Source: a virus. Taken from it: a stretch of DNA of 64,000 bases. This document shows, in pieces, positions 57,501 to 64,000 of this stretch; the stretch's first letter is position 1, and each line of letters starts with the position of its first letter. Under the pieces are notes generated by a model. That model was not told the DNA's origin. It did no database searches and worked only from the letters and a program-made list of their open reading frames with translations. Made by a program: the position numbers and the translations under genes. Where the stretch lies: positions 32,001 through 96,000 of the IMG/VR virus record IMGVR_UViG_3300042566_000762, one strand, 5' to 3'.

Positions 57501-59801
57501 TTCTAATGGATTTGAACCAGATGCATAATCTATATTTAAATCGTCTTGATACGATAATGACGAACTTAAATACGTTGTAACTAAACTATTTGCAGATGTC
57601 GAACTACTTAATATTAAATTATCTAAAGATTCATATGTAGTAGATTTACCAGTAGTAAAATCAACTTCTATATTAAAATTAGGCCCCTTTATTGGTGGAC
57701 ATTTTAAAGTATCTTGTTCATTTAAAATTATTGTTTCTATCAAAGGATTACTCATTAATTTTGTAATCCAAAATGTAGAGTTTTCATTTATATTTGCCGG
57801 AATGGGTGAATATAATTTTAATATAATAGATTTAACTTCTTTATCAACTATTTCATTTCCTAATTCATCTTTCTTTTTAGATGATAATGTCCAATTATCT
57901 TCCTCATACGATGACACTAATATTTGTTCATCGTCACCAAAATTTGCAAGATGAGTTAAATATTTACTATCTTTCTCCGGCTCTATAAATGATAATTTAT
58001 TTATAAATGCATCATAAATAGATTTTTTTATAGAATTTTCATCCAAATATATAGATGGGTAAAATATCTGAGTTACAACTTCATATTCATTACCATTTAA
58101 AGCTTCCGCACCTCCATTATTTCTTGGTAACAAATATAATGTTATATTATCACTACCATTCCATTGAGGAAATCTGTCAGATAAATTTCTTAAATTTATT
58201 TTAAAAGAACCATTTGGTGTTAATTTTTCAAATAATCCTACTTTTGTTTTATCTTTTAAAAGTAAAAAAACATCAACAAAACTGGTTGCAAATGTGTTAT
58301 ATTCTACTTCCCATTCTATTTGCAAATCCGAAAAAGATGGAACATCAATTACTTCTGGAAACAATACCTGAGTTATTGAGGGGTAGTCATTAATAGCCGT
58401 AAATGTGATTAAAATTTCTACTCTTTGTCCGGTACCGTATAATTTAGATGTTGGGGTTAGTATGACCTTTTTAGTTCCATAAACTTCATTGAAGTCTTTT
58501 TGAAAATATAAACTTACATACCCAACGCCTGCTTCGGTTAGAATATATTTGTCGGTTGATGTGTATGCAATTACCTCATCCGCATTTTCCGTTCTAAATG
58601 CAATTCTTATTTCTTTTTCTAAATCGGAATCCTTTACTTGTACATTATATTGAGTTTCGGAAACCATAATAACAGGTGTAGCTACATTGATTTCTTTTTC
58701 CAATATTGCAACAACAACTATACCGGATGATAATTCTTTACCTGTTAATTTGAATGCTTTACCAACCGAATTCCATTTTGAATAATCACCCTCCGGACTA
58801 TTTTGTGCAACGGTTAGTGATGTGTAGTATATGTTTTTATATAAATACGAAGTGGATATGTCACCAACAATTGATAAATTAACATCTGAATTTTCTAAAA
58901 CCGATTTATTTATACTTTTATTATTAGTATTACCATCTGCTAATGAAATTGTTCCAAAATCTACCTTCCCACTAGAATTATTTAATATTTCATAATTTAA
59001 TTTTAATATATCGCCCAATTCATTTTTGAAATTAGAAGAAAATCCAATTTCATAATTTATTATAGCAGGTGTAACGGGTTCAACCGGAACATTATTTTCT
59101 TTTGAAATTGCTTTAAATTTAAATTCTAAATTTATTGTTCCTGATGTCGAATCTAATCGCCTTTCAGATGATGCATAAGTTCCATCGGTATTTAATATAA
59201 ATTCTTGTATTGCAATTACTTCCGTAAATAAAACATCATTTGTCGTTAATGATGGTTTGTAGTTATACTTAAATGAGTTATTATATGTTCCATATTCGGA
59301 TAACCCACTAAACCCGGTATTACCACCCATACCACCAAACATAGATGAATATGGATTTATGTTTAAATCAAAATTTGTGAACTTTAATTCGGAGTTATAT
59401 GAGTATTTTTTAGAAACACTTACTGTAAAATAATTTTCAGCTGTTTTATTATTTGATATTGCTTTATATGTTCTACTACTTCCAAATGTGGTTGATGGGG
59501 CAAATGTATCTACTACCGATAAACCGACACCAATGTTAGAACCATCTCTTTCAAATTGAGAATTTTCAGGAGAAGTTAAATATATTTTTAATGCACCTGC
59601 ATCATTTGATGTATACGATGGTGGTATAAAAGTTTGATTTGGTTCAACTGGAGGAGTATAACCACCACCACCCGTACTACCGCCTGATAAATTGGGAAAC
59701 GATTCATATTGGCCGATACCATCCCATGATGGATTTGTTAGTTCACCACCCATCATATCCTGAACATTGGCCTTATATTGTTTAAAATGCTTTACTCCCA
59801 T
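54540..59801 (-). CDS. Large baseplate wedge-like protein with LamG-like segment
   Basis: LPYLLK.KGT.......L..YG, F.GS.DE.RLW, G..IEP..LER.K. Confidence 0.6.
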   Translation of the reverse strand: MGVKHFKQYKANVQDMMGGELTNPSWDGIGQYESFPNLSGGSTGGGGYTPPVEPNQTFIPPSYTSNDAGALKIYLTSPENSQFERDGSNIGVGLSVVDTFAPSTTFGSSRTYKAISNNKTAENYFTVSVSKKYSYNSELKFTNFDLNINPYSSMFGGMGGNTGFSGLSEYGTYNNSFKYNYKPSLTTNDVLFTEVIAIQEFILNTDGTYASSERRLDSTSGTINLEFKFKAISKENNVPVEPVTPAIINYEIGFSSNFKNELGDILKLNYEILNNSSGKVDFGTISLADGNTNNKSINKSVLENSDVNLSIVGDISTSYLYKNIYYTSLTVAQNSPEGDYSKWNSVGKAFKLTGKELSSGIVVVAILEKEINVATPVIMVSETQYNVQVKDSDLEKEIRIAFRTENADEVIAYTSTDKYILTEAGVGYVSLYFQKDFNEVYGTKKVILTPTSKLYGTGQRVEILITFTAINDYPSITQVLFPEVIDVPSFSDLQIEWEVEYNTFATSFVDVFLLLKDKTKVGLFEKLTPNGSFKINLRNLSDRFPQWNGSDNITLYLLPRNNGGAEALNGNEYEVVTQIFYPSIYLDENSIKKSIYDAFINKLSFIEPEKDSKYLTHLANFGDDEQILVSSYEEDNWTLSSKKKDELGNEIVDKEVKSIILKLYSPIPANINENSTFWITKLMSNPLIETIILNEQDTLKCPPIKGPNFNIEVDFTTGKSTTYESLDNLILSSSTSANSLVTTYLSSSLSYQDDLNIDYASGSNPLEGYLWDNFVHFSSAKERVDNFVYKVQLIEKYEQLITSASTNYTGGPSGSYVNELVSKQEVEKQIIKKNQILQGFDGFEAFLYTSSSLSWPHDIGGNRLYHTNTNVTNWYASASVAAETFDLENPNWVMNNIPTFINDVENSESFHLLLNMLAHHFDVIYYYTKSIENGRGLGYKSKNGVPDRLLFDVLKSFNWDAKNLADDAKLWEYVFGVDSEGTTKNISPAKQRTFEIWRRIANNLPYLLKHKGTRRGVYALLSCYGIPSSNLSILEFGGPEVTDISKSKLVMDNITTALNMISGSYIEFEWKNTERNRKPDTIEFFVKPYTSGNYNIISGSGGIILNLSGSTDSNYGVVTLNYSGSAISSSLLPIFNNRFFGIGVSREVSGSYHNFELNIRQSDKERTIFQQSYSSSILAISSSWNDGSYIRMGNNFTGSVDEFRLWSTPLQKERFYEHVSFPEMINGNHISSSTDDLYFRLDFEYPKNLNQTSSLINVDTNMYFSASLTRNDYEDGNLQPIYSLNPSASFTASAYGFTSITTYPYQFEPIDRSVVLEIPDVGSTRYSTNKVRFEEQYTMNGKNVSEGVDLSSKNRSTKKAFDQSPTDSNRVGLFFSPTKELNIDIAKSLGGVNLDNYIGDPADRYKSNYKRLDDLRNYYFQRFDGRDIYAYINLIKLYEKSMFEDIKKMLPARVKATTGLLIEPHILERSKVSHKKPTAEDYQKDATIHFSDTTTLTADNGQLEVIIDSNLGENLSGENGQFETLITDTTIDQITANNYQYDSLINTNDNFVLSSDSYQQYTNINAGLGEPTILTEIDLINSNIVVGQSDYETIGFGIYAESGSAIRTYYDTNRNIVKERIRVNLVTEQKSRDILKYKTTINGSGDPRDGYILTSSVYTETSLNIQPFSGSTIPTVKGNIISVKPVSGYLSTHYRNTSDLTRGLENSFFKGSKNTAATTLDGSSPIETFTTNPNTLKVSKAGRDANEPILEVE

Positions 59802-59828
59802 TTATTCTTTTTTTATAAATATCTTATA

Positions 59829-61100
59829 TTATGTAAATTCCACTCGTTCTCTACCCATTCCACCACCTGGCAAATTCTGTCTGTCCAATGTATCATATTC
59901 TCGGTAGATACTTCCACCGCCACCACCCTGACTAGGAGTTGGTAAAACCACTTTTGGGGCCGGTGGTTCTATCGGTGCAGGTGCAGTAACTACTATTGGT
60001 TCGGTTATAACTGCTGGTTCTATAATTTGTGGTTTTGCAACCGGTTCTTTTTTAATAGGAACTTCACCAACAAATGTGTCATTTAAATTAATTTGAACTT
60101 TGTCACCATCGTATACATTTCTTACAAATGTAGTCGGAGTTTTAAATGTTTCTAAATTATTTGCAATTTGTTTTCTTAATTCTACTATTGCAAATTCTTT
60201 AGGAAGGGTTTTAATTTCAACCGGTCTTCTTTTTAAAGTTTTAATATTAAAATCAACACACTCAAATAATATTTTCTTAATTTCATTTGTCAATATATTG
60301 AAATCATATTGGTCACAATCATCAAATCGTTCTTCAGATGGTTTACCAAATTTTGATTCAGTAATATTATAGTATTTATTGTTTAAATAATAATTTACCG
60401 ATGTTTGAAAATCTACATATATTTTTTTTCTAAAATCTGGAAACTTACTTAAACCAAAATCTTTTTTTAATACATTAAAAAAATCTTTACCAAATTGAGT
60501 TTGTAATGCTGAATCGATTCCTTCTAAAAAACTACCTTCAAATGCATATATCGAATCTAATAGTGATTTTTTATAATATTTAAAATCTTTACTTAAGTTT
60601 TGTAAATTATTAAATTCTCTATTTGTAATTGAATTTATATTTTCATCTTTTGTTTTCAAAGGTAAAATACGAATTTCTTCTCTTGAAGGAGAAATTTCTT
60701 GTATCCATACTCTTGTTAATAAATTATCCGTTCCTACTCTATTTCTAACAAAATTTATATTAAGTTTAAGAATACCATTTGTAAATCCTAAATCATTTAA
60801 TAATTTTTCTGCATCAATTGCTAATTCTTTTAAACCACCTTTATTTATGATAGAATGCATGTAATGTTTAATCTCACCCTTCTTTATATAAGCAACATTA
60901 TTACCAGATTTTTGTGGTAATAAATTACTATTGATGTCGTATACGGAAACTTCCATTACATCATATTTACAATCACCAAAATCGGTTTCTTGTATTTCAT
61001 TTTTTGAAACTATAAATAAATCATCTGCTAACAAAAATTTTCCTTTGTTATCTGTGTTTACATCAATTTGTTCAAAGTTTGTATATTTTTTAATACTCAT
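59829..61100 (-). CDS. Hypothetical baseplate-region protein
   Basis: WIQEISPSR.EIR motif; Pro-rich tail. Confidence 0.55.
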   Translation of the reverse strand: MSIKKYTNFEQIDVNTDNKGKFLLADDLFIVSKNEIQETDFGDCKYDVMEVSVYDINSNLLPQKSGNNVAYIKKGEIKHYMHSIINKGGLKELAIDAEKLLNDLGFTNGILKLNINFVRNRVGTDNLLTRVWIQEISPSREEIRILPLKTKDENINSITNREFNNLQNLSKDFKYYKKSLLDSIYAFEGSFLEGIDSALQTQFGKDFFNVLKKDFGLSKFPDFRKKIYVDFQTSVNYYLNNKYYNITESKFGKPSEERFDDCDQYDFNILTNEIKKILFECVDFNIKTLKRRPVEIKTLPKEFAIVELRKQIANNLETFKTPTTFVRNVYDGDKVQINLNDTFVGEVPIKKEPVAKPQIIEPAVITEPIVVTAPAPIEPPAPKVVLPTPSQGGGGGSIYREYDTLDRQNLPGGGMGRERVEFT

Positions 61101-61106
61101 AATCTA

Positions 61107-62252
61107 TTAATATGAATCTGGATGATTTTTTGTATATTTAGTTGGATATGATTTTGATGCCGATTTGCCATCACCTTTTGTTACTGTAACAGTTAGTTCC
61201 GATTTGTAATCAGTAGAACCACTCCATCCAAATGTTTTTTTCTTAGAATCTTTACCCTCACCTGCTTTACCAATTATTCCCAATTCAACAGTCTCACTCG
61301 CACCAGCTGCAATTGGAAAAGATTTGCCTTTAGGAAATGCCATCCAATTTGTATTAAATCCAGATGGATTTGCATGACTTAATGTTATGGTTACCGGTGT
61401 TTTATCATTGTTTGTAAAATCTAAGATACCGCCACTATTCCATTTAGTATCACCACTTTTTGCGTTTTGTTTTGATGCAATTTTAAATTCTTTATCGTTA
61501 GATGGGCCGTTAATTTTTAAAATAACAACTTCATTTATCACATCTGCACCACCCGCTAATGCTTGTGCCTGTGTTCCTGTTGTAATAGCCTGTTGTTGTT
61601 GGACTGCACCCAATTGTGCTTGTAATCCTTCAATAATTGAATTTAATGAATCAATTTGTTTAATCAATGCTTCAATTTGAACTTTATATCCTGAGTTTTG
61701 TGATTGTAGTGATGTTCTTAATATTGATTCTTCCACCGATTTTTGAACTGCAGTTTGAATTTGGTCTGTAAAAAGATTTAATGTATCTTTTAATGTTTCC
61801 ATTTGATTTGCAATTAAATCATCTTTTTGTTCTATTGTTAATTTTTCAATAGTTACCCTCTTAACCTCATTATCTAACCTTTGTATTTCATTAACAGCAA
61901 CTTGATAAATTGTATCTAAATCATTATATTGTTTTTGTAAATCAGCATATTGTAAAGATAGTTTATCATAAATTGGTTTGGGAATTAAATTTAAATTTGG
62001 TTCCGGAATATTTGGTTTTAGTTCGATGACGTTTACATTAATTGCTTTTTTAATTTCGTCTTCATCGTATTTATCTTTATTTAATTCTTTAAATATCAAT
62101 GAGGACGCGACGTTTTTATTATCAACAATTGTTACATTATATTCGTTTTTAGCAATAGCTTCCGAACCAGATGAAATTAATATAGATTCTAATCTATTAC
62201 TTCTTTCTTCTTGTAATTTTTGTGCAATCGTTTCAAGTGCAGTTAGTGCCAT
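61107..62252 (-). CDS. Coiled-coil protein with C-terminal Ig-like beta domain
   Basis: Long heptad region, then F.NN....V.I...I.AG.S..V beta pattern. Confidence 0.55.
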   Translation of the reverse strand: MALTALETIAQKLQEERSNRLESILISSGSEAIAKNEYNVTIVDNKNVASSLIFKELNKDKYDEDEIKKAINVNVIELKPNIPEPNLNLIPKPIYDKLSLQYADLQKQYNDLDTIYQVAVNEIQRLDNEVKRVTIEKLTIEQKDDLIANQMETLKDTLNLFTDQIQTAVQKSVEESILRTSLQSQNSGYKVQIEALIKQIDSLNSIIEGLQAQLGAVQQQQAITTGTQAQALAGGADVINEVVILKINGPSNDKEFKIASKQNAKSGDTKWNSGGILDFTNNDKTPVTITLSHANPSGFNTNWMAFPKGKSFPIAAGASETVELGIIGKAGEGKDSKKKTFGWSGSTDYKSELTVTVTKGDGKSASKSYPTKYTKNHPDSY

Positions 62253-62254
62253 TG

Positions 62255-63310
62255 TTAAATTATTTGAAATGTGTATTTTCCATCAGATATATAATCTATA
62301 CCATCTATTACAACTTTTAATTTTAATTTATAAATTCTATCAATTGGTAATGATTGTAAATCTAATATAAAATAACTACCATTTGAATCACAACTTATTT
62401 TTGTGTAATTACCAAATGGAAATATAACCTCTTCAGTTAAATAATCTTCTAATTGATAATACGATGTTTGTGGTAAATATTTTACATCACTATAATTGAA
62501 TGTAGTTGCAAAATCTTTAATAGGAAATAATTCTCTACCTCTTACTTTGATTTTTATTTTACTATTTGCGGTATATTTTGATTTTAAATTGGTAATTGAT
62601 ACTTTAAAATTATCCACTGGCATTGCCGTTATTGACCCCGTTGGTGCAAATGAACTGCCATCCCAAACTACTTCTAATGTTGGTTCATATATAGTGTGTG
62701 TCTCTTTCGAAAAGAATTTAAGAACACCATAATCCAATACATCCTCTTCAGCTGCAAAATTATGATGAATAATAAATCCGTTATTTGGTAAAGAACCACT
62801 AACCCACAATTTAACAATATTAGTTACATCCATTTTAATATCATCACTTTCATAATTAAAAGATTGTGATGCCTGTGATGCCGTATACCATGTACCTCCT
62901 TCTGCGTTTGATGAACCGGTTGTACCAGCTACATAATATGCAGTTCCACCAATTGTATTATCTTGCCAACTATCTACTCCGTTTTTATATTTCCAACTAA
63001 TACCATCCGATGTTATATTATCGAATTTAGTACCGGTTCCCATTGTCCAACTTTGTGAAACTGCATTTGCAAATAATGTATATTGCAATGGAATTTCCTC
63101 AGACCCAGCAGCTTTTAAATTTAAATATGTTTTCCACCCACTACCTGTTTCTAAATTTGAAACATCGAATTTAATCAATGTTCTGGCTAAATCTTTTGTA
63201 GAACCATAATAAAGTTTACCTACTTCCAATATCTCATCTCTACCTGAATTTTGTTCGGGTTGTTGTAAGTAGATACTAGCGTCATATGATGATGTGTATA
63301 ATTTATGCAT
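62255..63310 (-). CDS. Structural protein with DNRLRE/CBM96-like domain
   Basis: DA.IY...P..N.G.D..L.VG...R.LIKFD, W..G, DVT..V..W, N.GF, P.L.V.W. Confidence 0.6.
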   Translation of the reverse strand: MHKLYTSSYDASIYLQQPEQNSGRDEILEVGKLYYGSTKDLARTLIKFDVSNLETGSGWKTYLNLKAAGSEEIPLQYTLFANAVSQSWTMGTGTKFDNITSDGISWKYKNGVDSWQDNTIGGTAYYVAGTTGSSNAEGGTWYTASQASQSFNYESDDIKMDVTNIVKLWVSGSLPNNGFIIHHNFAAEEDVLDYGVLKFFSKETHTIYEPTLEVVWDGSSFAPTGSITAMPVDNFKVSITNLKSKYTANSKIKIKVRGRELFPIKDFATTFNYSDVKYLPQTSYYQLEDYLTEEVIFPFGNYTKISCDSNGSYFILDLQSLPIDRIYKLKLKVVIDGIDYISDGKYTFQII

Positions 63311-64000
63311 TATAATGCCCTCCCTTTTATGTCTTTATTTGGATATTTTACTTCAAAGATACATGGGTCTAAAGATGGATAAACTATCTTTCCCTTTGTA
63401 GCTTCATCAATATTATATCTATTTGGTGAATATTCTCCGTCTCCCGCACATAGATTGTATATTTTAACCGATGGAACACTCATAACTCCTTCTACATTTG
63501 CAAGTAATAATTCTATTTCCGAAATGTTTATTGGTTTATTGAATGTCCAATTATCTATATTAAAATAAGATTGAACTTCTGCTAAACAAGATGCAAGAAC
63601 TTCTCTTTTATTATAATTGGAATAACTAATTATTTCAAAATCACATCCAATATTAACTATAAATCCGTCAATCATATTTACCGCATCGGTAATCATTCTA
63701 TATTCACCCAAATATGTTTTAAGATTTTGTTTAATTGCCTGATTTAATTGTGTTAGTTTTTTATCACTATTATATCCTAAAACATACATGTTTATTGCAA
63801 ATGGGTTATTCACCTCTGCAATTGCACTCTTTTTTTGTGTTAAATATTTAACCAATTCTTTTTGAATTTCTGATTTGGCCATTCCTTTCATTGAGTCTAC
63901 TAAATTTGTAAACTCTGCAATATTATTAGGACTTGCTAAAATAGAAGATGGAGAATTGTTATCAATTTCACCATCTGGACTAACATATACTTTTGCAACA
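63310..64000 (-). CDS. Baseplate wedge protein (T4 gp6-like), C-terminal part; continues past window
   Basis: Frame open from 63999 (VAKVYV...); INMYVLGY, NLKTYL..YRM.TD, VEGV.SV, PS.DP.IFE.KYP..DI.G. Confidence 0.7.
   Translation of the reverse strand, partial: VAKVYVSPDGEIDNNSPSSILASPNNIAEFTNLVDSMKGMAKSEIQKELVKYLTQKKSAIAEVNNPFAINMYVLGYNSDKKLTQLNQAIKQNLKTYLGEYRMITDAVNMIDGFIVNIGCDFEIISYSNYNKREVLASCLAEVQSYFNIDNWTFNKPINISEIELLLANVEGVMSVPSVKIYNLCAGDGEYSPNRYNIDEATKGKIVYPSLDPCIFEVKYPNKDIKGRAL

Noticed and set aside
63310-63891. 193-aa ORF as a complete gene
   Set aside because: Frame stays open to the window edge; the listed Met is internal
1-64000. Stop-codon reassignment
   Set aside because: Core genes are full length in code 11, and TAG and TGA both end genes at sensible positions
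1-64000. CRISPR array, tRNA/rRNA, integrase, transposase, intron or intein
   Set aside because: No repeat-spacer periodicity, cloverleaf or such motifs seen by eye; TerL, portal and capsid genes are uninterrupted and of normal size

Overview
AT-rich segment of a large T4-like (myovirus-type) phage genome, read with the standard genetic code. Almost all genes are on the - strand. In transcription order (right to left): baseplate/tail genes (51.3-64 kb); a small recombination/replication block with a T7 endonuclease I-like resolvase, a primase and a fused SbcD-SbcC (45.8-50.3 kb); a long tail-fibre gene; a ~20 kb glycan/protein-modification island (21.3-41.7 kb) with glycosyltransferases, six SGNH-like proteins, a radical SAM, RmlC, an NDP-sugar epimerase, a TPP E1 alpha/beta pair, SET, a 2OG oxygenase and a sulfotransferase; then the head module (1419-aa multidomain protein, TerL, portal, prohead protease, scaffold, major capsid, neck, tail terminator). 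The ORF track missed a 58-aa ribosomal protein bS21 gene inside the head module. Four TTTG-N20-TAyATTTA promoters point to a Bacteroidetes host. The most notable items are: bS21 next to a structured, SD-bearing scaffold leader; an exact 20-bp repeat shared by that leader region and the only + strand gene (RHH-like); a shared basic-hydrophobic C-terminal tag on island enzymes; a probable branched-sugar pathway; chimeric and internally deleted mini-genes recording island recombination; and apparent protease-cleavable head polyproteins. All functional calls come from motif recognition by eye; no searches were run.
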